This document shows positions 39,664 through 50,039 of a DNA stretch of 64,000 nucleotides, piece after piece; positions within the stretch are counted from its first letter, which is position 1, and each line of letters starts with the position of its first letter. The stretch covers positions 460,506-524,505 of the forward strand of contig CAWGMA010000003.1 in NCBI GenBank assembly GCA_963823555.1. Direction: 5' to 3'. Origin of the DNA: Candidatus Eiseniibacteriota bacterium. GTDB lineage: Bacteria; Eisenbacteria; RBG-16-71-46; CAVPCR01. A model generated the notes under the pieces. The model ran no database searches. It was not told where the DNA came from and saw only the letters and a list, made by a program, of their open reading frames with translations. The position numbers and the translations under genes are program-made.

Positions 39664-42174
39664 CTACGTCCGCCGCACGATGACGACGGTCAGGTCGTCG
39701 GACAGCCCCACCTCCCCGGTGAAAGTACGGGCGGCTTCGATGATGCGATCCCGGATCGCGATCGCCGCGAGGTCGTCGGCCCGCGCCAGGAGCTCCTGGA
39801 GTCGTTCGTCTCCGAAGAACTCGCCGCGTTCGTTCACCGCTTCGACCACCCCGTCCGTGTAGAGGGCGAGCACATCGCCCCGAGCGAAGGGGACGCTCAC
39901 TTCCTGGTAGGCGGCATCGGATCTCACGCCGAGGAGGAGACCGCCCGCGCTCAAGACCTCGATCCCCCCGCTGGCGCGCCGGATGAATGGCGGGTTGTGA
40001 CCGGCGCTGGCATAGACCAGATGGCCGGTGACGGGTGAGATGAGCGCCATGGCGACGGTGATGAAGCGCCCAGGCTCGGTCGAGGCCAGCACCAGGTCGT
40101 TCAGTTCCGAGAGCACGTTGTCGAGGTGTCCCGGGCGATGGGTGTGGCCGCGGAGCCCGGCGTGGAAGTTGGACATGAGGAGGGCCGCGGGGACACCCTT
40201 GCCGGCGACATCGGCGACCGAGACCAGGAGCCCATCTCCCCAGCGCAGGAAGTCGTAGGCGTCACCGCCGATCTCGCGGCTGGGGATGGAGCTGCCGGCG
40301 ACATCGAGCCCGGGCACGTCGGGAACGGCGGTCGGAAACAGACGGCGCTGGATCGACTGCGCGACCAGGAGTTCGCTCTTCATCATTTCGCGCTCGACGG
40401 CGAGCCGCCGGCGGTCCTTGAGCCCCTGGGCCATGGTGTTGAAGGCGCTCGCCAGCTCGCCCAGCTCGTCGCCACGATCGATCTCGATGCGGTGGTCGAG
40501 ATCGTCCTCGGCCAGGCGGTGCGTGCCCTGATTGAGGGCGCCGATCGCGCCATGAATGCTGCGCGCGATGCTGGCCCCGATCCCGACGGAGGCGGCTTCG
40601 AAGAGAAGGAAGAGGACACCGACCACGGCCAGCGCCCAGAGCACCAAGGTGTTGAGTGGATTGGCGGCCGTGTCGCGGAGGTCGCTCAGGAGGCGGAAGA
40701 TGGGCATCTTGACCACGAGCATGGCGTCCTGCTGGCGGAGATTTCCCTCGCGGTCGATGGCGAGCCCGCGTACGAGCTGGGCTCCGGAATAGGCGCCTCC
40801 CATCTCGCGCTCGGTGCCGACAAGGGAGACCGGTGTGCCCTCCTGGCCCCCGCTGAAGCTGATGCGGAGCCCGCTCGAGCCGGCCTCGACGGTCATCGAG
40901 TCGCTCGTGATCATGTTGAGCTCGACCTGCGCCACCCGCGCCGCGCCGCCGGCGCGAATCGAATCGAGCGCGACGAAGGCACGCGCGAAGATCTCGTCGC
41001 CGCTGCGGGCCTCCACGACGCCGGTCGTCATGTAGTGGCGCCCGCCGGCGGTGATGAAGAGGATCTCCGGGGTCGGTGGCAACGGTTCGCTGAGGGCCGC
41101 AACTTCCGGCGGTACGGCGGCGCGGGGAGCGAAGCTGAAGGCGAAGCGCGTGGTGTCGGGAAGAGCGCGCCGCGCGGCCATGATGAAGAGCGTGGGTTCC
41201 TTGAGGTGGCGGCCGATGAGGGTCTCGATCTCGCCGCTGCCGCCCGCCACCGCGCCGGAGTCTCTCTGGGCCCCGGCGAGGGCGTGATCGATCCTGGGAT
41301 CCGCGATCAGGACTGTCAGCTCGCGGCGCATGTCCTCGCCCGGTGCGAGGAGCCGCGCCGCAAGACCGGCGCGGTAGCTCCCCATCGAGAGGCTGGCGGC
41401 GATGACGAGGGAGAGAGCGAGGAGGAGGGCAGGGATGGCGGCCACGAAGATGTAGGACGTGACGAGCCGGGTGCGGAGGCGGAAGCGATCGAAGATGCGG
41501 CCGGGAAACTGCACGAGGAGCTGGAGAACGAGTGCGGCCGCGAACGAGAAGACCGCCGCCCCGGTGAAGCGGAGGACGATGGCGAGCCCGCCCGGGAGCG
41601 GCGGCAGGTGGCTCGCCGCCGCGCCACCCAGAGGCAGGGCGAGAAGCGCGGCTACGAATAGGCCGGCGCGCTGCTTGAGCCCGACCCGGCGATCGAGCCA
41701 CGGCATGCGCAGGGTCACGGGAAGGAGAAGCCCCGCGGTGACGGCAACCGGGATGCCGCCGGGAACGGTCGTGATGGCGGCCAGGATCCCCACCGGGATC
41801 TTCAGGAGTCGCAGCCGCCACTTGCCCGAGCCGGGCAGCGTGAGCTCGGCGATGATCGCGGTCGCCGCGCCGAGGATGGAGGCGAGAACGAGCGCGGCGA
41901 GGAGCGCCAGCGGACGGAACGGCAGCCATGCGGCCACCACCGTCGTCACGAGCGCGGCCACGGCGAGGCGCAGGAGGGAGGCCAGCCGGGAGCTGCCGCC
42001 GGCGCCGGGGATGCCCGCTTCGCGGGCCGGGCGCCAGCCCCCGGCGGCGCGGAAGCCACCGCCGGCGGCCATGAGGGCGAGCGCGGTGATGAGGAGGTTG
42101 AGCACGGCGAGCACGTTCCCTTTCGCATCCGGCAGGGACACCGGGGCACCGGGCGCCGGCGCCGAACGCAGCAA
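39664..42174 (-). CDS. Membrane sensor phosphatase: multi-TM + HAMP + PPM/PP2C (RsbU/SpoIIE-like) serine phosphatase
   Basis: 836 aa. N-terminal about 8 TM helices, HAMP linker (ELGELASAFNTMAQGLKDRRRL), PP2C domain (GGDAYDF...VADVAGKGVPAAL...YTDGVVEA...DDLTVVIVRR). Confidence 0.8.
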   Translation of the reverse strand: MLRSAPAPGAPVSLPDAKGNVLAVLNLLITALALMAAGGGFRAAGGWRPAREAGIPGAGGSSRLASLLRLAVAALVTTVVAAWLPFRPLALLAALVLASILGAATAIIAELTLPGSGKWRLRLLKIPVGILAAITTVPGGIPVAVTAGLLLPVTLRMPWLDRRVGLKQRAGLFVAALLALPLGGAAASHLPPLPGGLAIVLRFTGAAVFSFAAALVLQLLVQFPGRIFDRFRLRTRLVTSYIFVAAIPALLLALSLVIAASLSMGSYRAGLAARLLAPGEDMRRELTVLIADPRIDHALAGAQRDSGAVAGGSGEIETLIGRHLKEPTLFIMAARRALPDTTRFAFSFAPRAAVPPEVAALSEPLPPTPEILFITAGGRHYMTTGVVEARSGDEIFARAFVALDSIRAGGAARVAQVELNMITSDSMTVEAGSSGLRISFSGGQEGTPVSLVGTEREMGGAYSGAQLVRGLAIDREGNLRQQDAMLVVKMPIFRLLSDLRDTAANPLNTLVLWALAVVGVLFLLFEAASVGIGASIARSIHGAIGALNQGTHRLAEDDLDHRIEIDRGDELGELASAFNTMAQGLKDRRRLAVEREMMKSELLVAQSIQRRLFPTAVPDVPGLDVAGSSIPSREIGGDAYDFLRWGDGLLVSVADVAGKGVPAALLMSNFHAGLRGHTHRPGHLDNVLSELNDLVLASTEPGRFITVAMALISPVTGHLVYASAGHNPPFIRRASGGIEVLSAGGLLLGVRSDAAYQEVSVPFARGDVLALYTDGVVEAVNERGEFFGDERLQELLARADDLAAIAIRDRIIEAARTFTGEVGLSDDLTVVIVRRT

Positions 42175-42213
42175 GGGGCGCAGTCTAGCACGCGGCGGGC
42201 TAGAATCACCGGG

Positions 42214-43071
42214 ATGAGCTCACCCACCGTTGCCACTACGCTGGCCGCTGCGATCGCAGAGCTGCGGGCTGCCGGCGTGCCCACGCCCGAGGTCGATGCC
42301 CGCCTTCTCATGGGTCATGTGCTCGGGATCGCGCCGTCCGCCCTGCCGCTTCATCGCGATCGCCGTCTCGAGCCGGCCGCGGAGAGGGCGCTCGACGCTC
42401 TCCTGGTGGCGCGCGCGGCGCGGGAGCCCCTCCAGCATCTGCTCGGCACGGTCGAGTTCCATGGCCGGTCCTTTCGCGTGGCCCCCGGAGTCCTGATCCC
42501 GCGATTCGAGACCGAGAGCGTTGTCGAGCGCGCGCTCGCCATGGTGGGCGCCGGCCTCGATCTCCGGGTGGCCGACATCGGGACCGGCTCGGGCGTCATC
42601 GGTCTCACGCTGGCCGCCGAGAAGCCCGCGATCGTGATCGTGTGCACGGATCGATCTCCTGTCGCGCTCGCGCTGGCGCGCGCGAATGCGCGCGATCTCG
42701 CGGTGACGGACCGGGTGATGTTCGTCGTCGCCGATCTGACTGACGCCTTGGCACCGGCATCGCTCGATCTCCTCGTGGCGAATCCGCCGTATGTCCCGAC
42801 CGGGACGATCGCCACGCTCGCTCCCGAGGTGCGCGATCACGACCCCCATCTCGCCCTCGACGGCGGGCCCGATGGACTCGATGCGATCCGCGCGTTGCTC
42901 GGCGCCGCGCCGCGCGTCCTCCGCCCTGGAGGAGGGCTCGTGATCGAGATCGGCGATGATCAAGGACGCGCGGCGCGCGATCTGGCCGCAGCGTCCGGGC
43001 TCGTCGCGATCGATGTCCATCCCGACCTCGCCGGACGCGACCGCGTGCTCGTGGCGCGCCGTTCGATCTGA
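42214..43071 (+). CDS. prmC: Release factor glutamine N5-methyltransferase PrmC (HemK)
   Basis: SAM motif DIGTGSGVIGL and NPPY substrate motif (ANPPYVP). Confidence 0.88.
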   Translation: MSSPTVATTLAAAIAELRAAGVPTPEVDARLLMGHVLGIAPSALPLHRDRRLEPAAERALDALLVARAAREPLQHLLGTVEFHGRSFRVAPGVLIPRFETESVVERALAMVGAGLDLRVADIGTGSGVIGLTLAAEKPAIVIVCTDRSPVALALARANARDLAVTDRVMFVVADLTDALAPASLDLLVANPPYVPTGTIATLAPEVRDHDPHLALDGGPDGLDAIRALLGAAPRVLRPGGGLVIEIGDDQGRAARDLAAASGLVAIDVHPDLAGRDRVLVARRSI

Positions 43072-43265
43072 GCCGCTCGTCCGGATGACGAAAAGCCGCG
43101 CCCCACGGCCCGCGATTCGGTATGGTGGCGCCTGGCATCCGCGACGCGCCCCAGGCGCAGGAGGAGCCGCCGGACACCCCATCGAGATCACCACCCATCC
43201 AGCGAAGAGGAGAGCGCGTGAGCACGACGGCAGCGGTGTTCAAGGTGCCCCGTCTCGAGGTGGTC

Positions 43266-44519
43266 ATGGACAAGTTCGTGATTCAGGGCGGCGCCCGGCT
43301 CCGGGGCGAGATCCAGGTTTCAGGATCGAAGAACGCCGTCTTGCCGATGATGGCGGCCACCATCCTCACGCGTGGTGCCTGCCGACTGCGCCACGTCCCG
43401 GTGCTGCGCGACGTGTCGACCATGGCCTGGGTGCTGGGCGTGCTCGGCGTCGACGTGGCGCAGGAAGGCGATGCCCTTTCCCTCGATGCCACCGACTGCG
43501 CATCGGTCGAGGCGCCCTACGAGCTCGTGAAGACGATGCGGGCCTCGATCTACGTCCTCGGCCCGCTCCTCGCTCGCTTCGGTCGCGCCCGGGTCTCTCT
43601 CCCCGGGGGGTGCGCCTGGGGTCCGCGCCCCGTGAACCTGCATCTTGCCGGCCTCGAGGCCCTTGGCGCCCGGGTCGAGATCGAGCATGGTTACATCGTG
43701 GCCGAGGCGGATCGGCTCAAGGGCGCCCCCATCCATCTCGACGTCGCCTCGGTCGGCGCCACGGCGCAGCTCATGATGGCGGCCTGCCTCGCCGAGGGGA
43801 CGACGGTGATCGGAAACGCCGCCCAGGAGCCCGAGCTGCCGGCGCTTGCCGATTTCCTGAACGCGCTCGGCGCGCGGGTCGAGGGAGCGGGGACGAGCAC
43901 GGTGACCGTGCACGGCGTCGAGGTCCTGCATCCGGCCGAGGTCGCCGTGATCCCCGATCGCATCGAGGCCGGGACCTTCCTCATTGCCGGAGCGATGGCG
44001 GCCGAGGAGCTCACCGTGACCCGCCTCGTGCCCGGCCATCTCAAGGCGCTTCTCGATCACCTGACGGCGGCCGGCATCGAGCTCGAGGTCGGCGCCGATC
44101 GCGTCCGCGTCGTGGGCATGACGCGCCCGCGCCCGGTCGATGTCGAGACCGACTTCTATCCCGGCTTCCCCACCGATCTCCAGGCCCAGGTGATGGCGAT
44201 GGCGACACGGGCTCGTGGCGCCACGGTGATCAGCGAGGGGATCTACCACGATCGCTTCACGCACGTGCCTGAGCTCGTGCGTCTCGGAGCCCGCATCGAG
44301 GTCGAGGAAGCCACCGCACGCATCAAGGGAGTGCCGCGGCTGAGCGGAGCCCAGGTCATGGCGTCGGACCTGCGCGCATCGGCGGCGCTCATCCTTGCCG
44401 GGCTGGTTGCCGAGGGCGAAACCGTGGTCTCGCGTGTCTATCACATCGATCGCGGCTACGAGTCGATCGAGAAGAAGCTGAACGCTGTCGGCGCGCGCAT
44501 CACGCGCGTCCGCGAGTAG
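43266..44519 (+). CDS. murA: UDP-N-acetylglucosamine 1-carboxyvinyltransferase
   Basis: MDKFVIQGGARLRGEIQVSGSKNAVLPMMAA... EPSP-synthase-like fold, active-site Cys loop region (GGCAWGPRPVNLH). Confidence 0.9.
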   Translation: MDKFVIQGGARLRGEIQVSGSKNAVLPMMAATILTRGACRLRHVPVLRDVSTMAWVLGVLGVDVAQEGDALSLDATDCASVEAPYELVKTMRASIYVLGPLLARFGRARVSLPGGCAWGPRPVNLHLAGLEALGARVEIEHGYIVAEADRLKGAPIHLDVASVGATAQLMMAACLAEGTTVIGNAAQEPELPALADFLNALGARVEGAGTSTVTVHGVEVLHPAEVAVIPDRIEAGTFLIAGAMAAEELTVTRLVPGHLKALLDHLTAAGIELEVGADRVRVVGMTRPRPVDVETDFYPGFPTDLQAQVMAMATRARGATVISEGIYHDRFTHVPELVRLGARIEVEEATARIKGVPRLSGAQVMASDLRASAALILAGLVAEGETVVSRVYHIDRGYESIEKKLNAVGARITRVRE

Positions 44520-44535
44520 CGCCGGAGTTGGCAGC

Positions 44536-45024
44536 GTGGAGAGCCGCAAGCCCGCGCTCCTGATCGGCGTGATCTCCGATACACACGGTCTCCTGCGGCC
44601 GGAGGCGGTGGCGGTACTCGCCGGAAGCGACATGATCCTCCACGCCGGGGATATCGGCTCCCCCGAGGTGCTCCAGGGCCTTCGCGCGATCGCCCCGGTG
44701 CATGCCGTTCGCGGCAACGTCGATACCGGGCCCTGGGCCGATCGACTCCCCACCTCCGACGCGGTCGCGGCCGGAGATTCCCTCATCTATCTCCTCCACG
44801 ATCTCTCCGGGCTCGATCTCGATCCCCGCGCCGCGGGGATCGCCTGCGTCGTGTCCGGACATTCCCACCGTCCCGCCATCAGGGAGAAGGACGGCGTCCT
44901 CTTCGTGAACCCTGGTAGCGCCGGCCCCCGCCGCTTCAGGCTCCCGGTCGCCGTGGCGCGGCTCACCGTCCCTGAGGGCGGCCAATCCCCGGTCCGCGCC
45001 GAGATCCTCCGGCTCCCGGTGTAG
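44536..45024 (+). CDS. Metallophosphoesterase (YfcE/MJ0936 family)
   Basis: ISDTHG, HAGD, GNVD and GHSH metal-binding motifs. 162 aa. Confidence 0.8.
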   Translation: MESRKPALLIGVISDTHGLLRPEAVAVLAGSDMILHAGDIGSPEVLQGLRAIAPVHAVRGNVDTGPWADRLPTSDAVAAGDSLIYLLHDLSGLDLDPRAAGIACVVSGHSHRPAIREKDGVLFVNPGSAGPRRFRLPVAVARLTVPEGGQSPVRAEILRLPV

Positions 45025-45245
45025 CGACCCGCCCCCCCGGACCGCCGCTCGGGGTCGCGACAGGTCGCCCGGCTGCGTACCCGGAGATGAAATATGCGCC
45101 GGGGCGGCTCAACGGTATGGAGCTTCCGGTCGCGAACGGCTATCATTGAAGATGCTTCTTTTCTCCGCCGGCCGCACGCGTCAGGACAGGACCACCCCCC
45201 AGTTCGCAAGTCGAGCTGAAGTCCGCACCGAGAGGATGGGAGATC

Positions 45246-47717
45246 ATGCAAACTGCGCTACGACGCACGATCACGTTCTGCACTATCGGGCTCGTCGCCG
45301 GGCTCGCGCTGGCAGCGGCTTCAGCTATGGCCAGCGACACTCCCCTCACCATCGATGACGTGGGTGCCATGGCCCGGCGGGGCGAGGTGGCCAACGTGAG
45401 GACGATCGAGGTTCCGGGCACGTCCGCCGTGCTCGCCACCTGGGATGCGCTGCGCGGCAGCGCGCTCGTTCCCCATTACGGGATCAGCCTGGATGGACAG
45501 TCCCTGGTGCGGGTCGCCGAGCCCACGTACGAGCTCGGCCTCCGCTACGAGCAGTTCGACCCGCTCGAGAGAGTGCCCGCGGTCAGTGCCGAGCTCGCTG
45601 CCCGCCCCGGGAACCAGCTCTTCCTCGTCCAGTTCGTGACCCAGCCGCTCCCGATCTTCGACCGCCAGATCGCGGAGCGCGGCGGGATCGTGCGTCACTA
45701 CGTGGCCCAGTACGCCCATCTGGTCGAGGCCACCCCGGAAGCGATCGCGGAGATCGCTGCCCTGCCCTACGTGCGCTGGGTCGGTCCCTACCATCCCGCG
45801 TACCGGCTCGATGAGTTCCTGCTCGAGCACCTGGACGATACGGAGCTCCTCCCGAGCCTGACCTACAACATCATGGTCCTGGCCGAAGAGCACAAGGCAG
45901 AGGTCGCGGCGCGCATCGAGTCGATCGGCGGCACGGTGCAGCGAGCCGACGCCGGCAAGTTCCTCCTCGAGGCGACGCTCACCCCCGCCGAGCTCCTCGC
46001 CGCGGCCGGCTGGAACGAGGTGCTGTTCATCGACCGCTGGGGGCCGTACGAGGCCGACATGGACATCGCCCGCGAGATCGGCGGCGCCAACTTCATCGAG
46101 AGCGTGGCCGGTTACACCGGGCAGGGCGTGCGCGCCGAGGTCTTCGACGCGGGATTCAACCTCATCCACGTGGACTTCCAGTCACGCCCGCTCATCACGC
46201 ACGGCACGGTCAACAGCGACTCGCACGGCGCGTCGACCTCGGGCATCAGCTTCGGCGACGGCACCGGCGATCCGACCGCCCGCGGCATGCTGCCCGAGGC
46301 GCAGGGCATCGTCGCCGACTACGACTTCTTCGGTCTGAGCGGCGCCAACCGCTACACCGGCGCGCTCGAGCTCCTCGCTCCGCCCTACAATGCGGTCTTC
46401 CAGACATCGAGCGTCGGCAGCCCGCGCACCTTCAACTACACGACGATCTCGGCCGAGCACGACGAGATTCTGTTCGACGTCGATATCGTCTTCTGCCAGT
46501 CGCAGAGCAACGCCGGGAACCAGGATTCGCGGCCGCAGGCCTGGGCCAAGAACATCGTCTCCGGCGGCGGCGTCTACCATCACAACACCCTCGCCAAGAG
46601 CGACGACTGCTGGTGCGGCGGCGCCAGCATCGGCCCGGCGTCGGACGGCCGGATCAAGCCGACCCTCACCCACTTCTACGATCTGATCCGGACCACGACC
46701 TGCTGCGGCAGCACCTCCTACACGCAATTCGGCGGGACGAGCGGCGCGACGCCGATCATCTGCGGCCACTTCGGCCTCTTCTTCCAGATGTGGTCGGACG
46801 GCATCTTCGGCAACACGGTGATCAACGAGGGGGACGTCTTCGAGAACCGCTCCCACATGACGACCGCCAAGGCGATGATGATCAACACCGCCGAGCAGTA
46901 CGACTGGACGGCACCGGGCAATACCGACCTCACCCGCTTCCACCAGGGCTGGGGCATGCCCAACGTGCGCAACATGTACGAGCTCCGGGACAACGTCTTC
47001 GTGGTCGACGAATCCCAGGTCCTGGCCCCGCTCGAGGTGGCCACCTACCAGGTGCCGGTGGCTTCCGGCCGGCCGTTCCTCAAGGCCACCATGGTCTACT
47101 CCGATCGGCCGGGGAATCCCGCCGTGCAGACGCAGCACCGCGTCAACGATCTCGATCTCAAGGTGATCTCGCCCTCGGGCACGGTCTATTACGGGAACGG
47201 TGGACTCGTGAACTCGCTGTGGTCCATCCCCGACACGCCCGCCGATGACAAGAACACGGAGGAGAACGTCTTCGTCCAGAACCCGGAACCGGGCTTCTGG
47301 ACGGTCGAGGTCCGCGCCACCGAGGTCATCCAGGATGGTCATCTGGAGACTCCGGAGATCGACGCGGACTTTGCCCTCGTGGTCACCCCGACGGAGCGGG
47401 AGAGCGCCGGGATCGGGTCCCTGGAAGCGGACGCAGGGCCTCAGTTCCGCCTCGCCGTCCTCGGCATGGGGGCCGGCGTGCCGGCGGCCAAGATGTCCTT
47501 CCAGCTCGCGGAGGCGGCGCAGGTGCGGCTCCGCGTGTTCGACGTGAACGGCCGGCTCGTGGCCTCGGTCTACGAGGGCGAGCTCGCCGCCGGTGAGCAC
47601 ACGCTCGAGTGGTCGGGTGTGGACGCGAACGGTCAGGACGTGAGTGCCGGGCTCTACTTCGCCCGGGTAGAGGCCGGCGAGCACACGGCCAGCGCGAAGG
47701 TCCTGGTTCTGCGTTAG
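45246..47717 (+). CDS. Secreted subtilisin-like serine protease (S8) with T9SS C-terminal sorting domain
   Basis: Signal peptide. Asp (DAGFNLIHVDF), His (HGT..S.SHGAS) and Ser (GGTSGATP) catalytic blocks. C-terminus LRVFDVNGRLVASVYEGELAAGEHTLEWSGVDANGQDVSAGLYFARVEAGEHTASAKVLVLR is a Por_Secre_tail domain. Confidence 0.8.
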   Translation: MQTALRRTITFCTIGLVAGLALAAASAMASDTPLTIDDVGAMARRGEVANVRTIEVPGTSAVLATWDALRGSALVPHYGISLDGQSLVRVAEPTYELGLRYEQFDPLERVPAVSAELAARPGNQLFLVQFVTQPLPIFDRQIAERGGIVRHYVAQYAHLVEATPEAIAEIAALPYVRWVGPYHPAYRLDEFLLEHLDDTELLPSLTYNIMVLAEEHKAEVAARIESIGGTVQRADAGKFLLEATLTPAELLAAAGWNEVLFIDRWGPYEADMDIAREIGGANFIESVAGYTGQGVRAEVFDAGFNLIHVDFQSRPLITHGTVNSDSHGASTSGISFGDGTGDPTARGMLPEAQGIVADYDFFGLSGANRYTGALELLAPPYNAVFQTSSVGSPRTFNYTTISAEHDEILFDVDIVFCQSQSNAGNQDSRPQAWAKNIVSGGGVYHHNTLAKSDDCWCGGASIGPASDGRIKPTLTHFYDLIRTTTCCGSTSYTQFGGTSGATPIICGHFGLFFQMWSDGIFGNTVINEGDVFENRSHMTTAKAMMINTAEQYDWTAPGNTDLTRFHQGWGMPNVRNMYELRDNVFVVDESQVLAPLEVATYQVPVASGRPFLKATMVYSDRPGNPAVQTQHRVNDLDLKVISPSGTVYYGNGGLVNSLWSIPDTPADDKNTEENVFVQNPEPGFWTVEVRATEVIQDGHLETPEIDADFALVVTPTERESAGIGSLEADAGPQFRLAVLGMGAGVPAAKMSFQLAEAAQVRLRVFDVNGRLVASVYEGELAAGEHTLEWSGVDANGQDVSAGLYFARVEAGEHTASAKVLVLR

Positions 47718-47745
47718 CATCGCGCGACCCCGCTCGCGGGACCTG

Positions 47746-47791
47746 GTGGCGCCGCGTGGCCAGACCGGCCGCGCGGCGCCACTTATTCTTG
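47746..47791 (+). terminator. Rho-independent terminator after the S8 protease gene
   Basis: 11-bp perfect stem gtggcgccgcg / cgcggcgccac with a 15-nt loop, followed by TTATTCTTG. Confidence 0.65.
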
Positions 47792-48001
47792 CAGCGCGCG
47801 GAGACGGCGATCGCCGCGCCGGCGCCCCTCCGGCTGCTGACAGCGGCCGCCCTGAACGGCTAGACTGGCTGGAACATGCGCTCGCCGAACGTGACGCCGG
47901 AGCGGCGCAGATGAAGTCCGAGCCGACATTCCGGACCCTTCACGGTGATCCGCGCCGGGATGCGCTGCTTGAGAGGGTCGGACTGGGGGAGTGAGCTGGA
48001 G

Positions 48002-49936
48002 ATGGAATCCCCGGCGGGCGCCGAGCGCCACGTCATCATGGGCACCGCCGGTCATGTCGATCATGGCAAGACGGCGCTGATCCGGCTCCTGACCGGCATC
48101 GATACCGATCGCCTGAAAGAGGAGCGTGAGCGCGGCATCTCGATCGAGCTCGGCTTCGCGCACCTCGATCTGCCCTCGGGGCTTCGGGTCGGGATCGTCG
48201 ACGTGCCGGGCCACGAGCGTTTCGTCAAGCACATGCTGGCTGGCGCCGGCGGCATCGACTTCGTCCTCTTCGTCGTCGCCGCCGATGAGGGCGTGATGCC
48301 GCAGACGGTCGAGCACCTGCAGATCGTCGAGCTCCTCGGTGTGGAACGGGGTCTCGTGGCGTTGACCAAGGTCGACCTGGTCGAGCCCGATCTCGCCGAG
48401 CTGGCCGCCGAGGACGTGCGGGAGATCCTCGCTCCGACCGCCTTCGCCGAGTGGCCCATCCATCAGGTCTCCGCGGTCACCGGTCAGGGCAAGGAGGAGC
48501 TCATCGCCGCCATCGATGCGCTCGCCCGGAGCGGTGCGGCGCGGAGCGGCGAGGGGCCGGTGCGCCTCCCCATCGATCGCGTCTTCGTCATGGAGGGGTT
48601 CGGCACCGTCGTCACGGGCACGCTCTGGCAGGGCACGATCCGCGAGGGCGACCACCTCCAGGTCCTGCCCCGGGTGCGACCGGTCCGGGTGCGTCAGGTG
48701 CAGGTGCATGGCCGGAAGACTCAGGCGGCGGCAGCGGGACAGCGCGTCGCCGTCGCCCTGCACGGAGTTTCCAAGGACGAGATCGAGCGCGGCGAGTGGG
48801 TCGTCACCCCCGCCGCCTTCGCCGAGACCTCGATCCTCGATGTCCGGCTCCATGCCGTGGCCGGGGGGGAGCGCACGATCGAGCAGCGCGAGCGCGTGCA
48901 CTTCCATCTCGGAGCGAGCGAGACGCTGGGACGGATCACGTTCTTCGGGCGCGACGAGCTGCGTCCGGGAGAAGACGATGTGGCTCAGATCCGGCTCGAA
49001 TCGCCGGTGGTCGCACAGCGCGGCGATCGCTTCGTCATCCGCTGGTACTCGCCCGTGTCCACCGCGGGCGGCGGCCAGGTGATCGAGGCCGTGGCGCGCA
49101 AGCGGCGGCGCTCGGACATCGAGTCGGCCGCCGCGCTCGCTGTGCTCGAGAGCGGTGCGGCGGAAGAGCGTATCACCGCCGCCGTGGCCGGCCGCCTCGC
49201 CCAGGGGCTCACCGCCGAGGAGATCGCGGAGCGCACCGGAAGCTCGCGCGAGGAGGTCGCGGCCACGCTTGCCGAGCTCGCGGCCCGTGGCGCCGTCGCC
49301 GAGCTCGGGAACGGTCGCTTCGTGAGCGCCGCCTACTTCACCGAGATCAGGACCGAGATCGAGTCCAGCGCGCGCGACTATCAGACCCGCTTCCCTCTGC
49401 GTCATGGCATTCCGCGCGGCGAGCTCCGGAGCCGGTTCTCCGGACGGCTCAAGGTCGAGGGGGTGGATGCGGCCGTCGCGGCTCTCATCGCCGCGGGCGT
49501 TCTCTTCGCCCGCGAGGATCGGTTGCGGCTCGGCGAGGCCACGCTCACCCTGCCCCCGCGCCTCCGCACGGTGGCCGATCGCCTGATGACGATTCTCGGC
49601 GATGCGGGCTACGCCGTCCCGAGCGTCAAGGAAGCGCTGTCGCGCTCCGGCGCCGCCGCCGGAACGGAGGGGCAGGAGCTCCTCGTCTACCTCGCCGGCG
49701 AGGGAGAGATCGTGCGTCTCGGCGATGAGCTCATCTACCGGCGGGAGCAGCTCCAGCAGCTTGAGGCCGATGTGACCAGGGTGCTTCGCGCCAAGGGCGC
49801 CCTCACCATCGCCGACTTCAAGGAGATCACCGGCGTCAGCCGCAAGTACGCCGTTCCGCTTCTCGAGTACCTGGACGGCCGGGGGGTGACGCGGCGGAGC
49901 GGGGACAACCGCGTGCCGGGTCGGCTCTTGACGTAG
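48002..49936 (+). CDS. selB: Selenocysteine-specific translation elongation factor SelB
   Basis: GTPase G1 GHVDHGKT, G3 DVPGHERF, G4 TKVD. EF-Tu-like domains II/III, then C-terminal winged-helix SECIS-binding domains. Start chosen at the ATG at 48002 ([18 protein letters not shown]). Confidence 0.88.
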   Translation: MESPAGAERHVIMGTAGHVDHGKTALIRLLTGIDTDRLKEERERGISIELGFAHLDLPSGLRVGIVDVPGHERFVKHMLAGAGGIDFVLFVVAADEGVMPQTVEHLQIVELLGVERGLVALTKVDLVEPDLAELAAEDVREILAPTAFAEWPIHQVSAVTGQGKEELIAAIDALARSGAARSGEGPVRLPIDRVFVMEGFGTVVTGTLWQGTIREGDHLQVLPRVRPVRVRQVQVHGRKTQAAAAGQRVAVALHGVSKDEIERGEWVVTPAAFAETSILDVRLHAVAGGERTIEQRERVHFHLGASETLGRITFFGRDELRPGEDDVAQIRLESPVVAQRGDRFVIRWYSPVSTAGGGQVIEAVARKRRRSDIESAAALAVLESGAAEERITAAVAGRLAQGLTAEEIAERTGSSREEVAATLAELAARGAVAELGNGRFVSAAYFTEIRTEIESSARDYQTRFPLRHGIPRGELRSRFSGRLKVEGVDAAVAALIAAGVLFAREDRLRLGEATLTLPPRLRTVADRLMTILGDAGYAVPSVKEALSRSGAAAGTEGQELLVYLAGEGEIVRLGDELIYRREQLQQLEADVTRVLRAKGALTIADFKEITGVSRKYAVPLLEYLDGRGVTRRSGDNRVPGRLLT

Positions 49937-50039
49937 CGCGCCGCCGGTGAGCCGGGCTGACCGCGCGGCGTCACCCGGTCGAGCGGCCGGAGCACGCGGC
50001 GGGAGCGCCGGACCGGGGTAGTGGCAAATCAGAGCCGCC

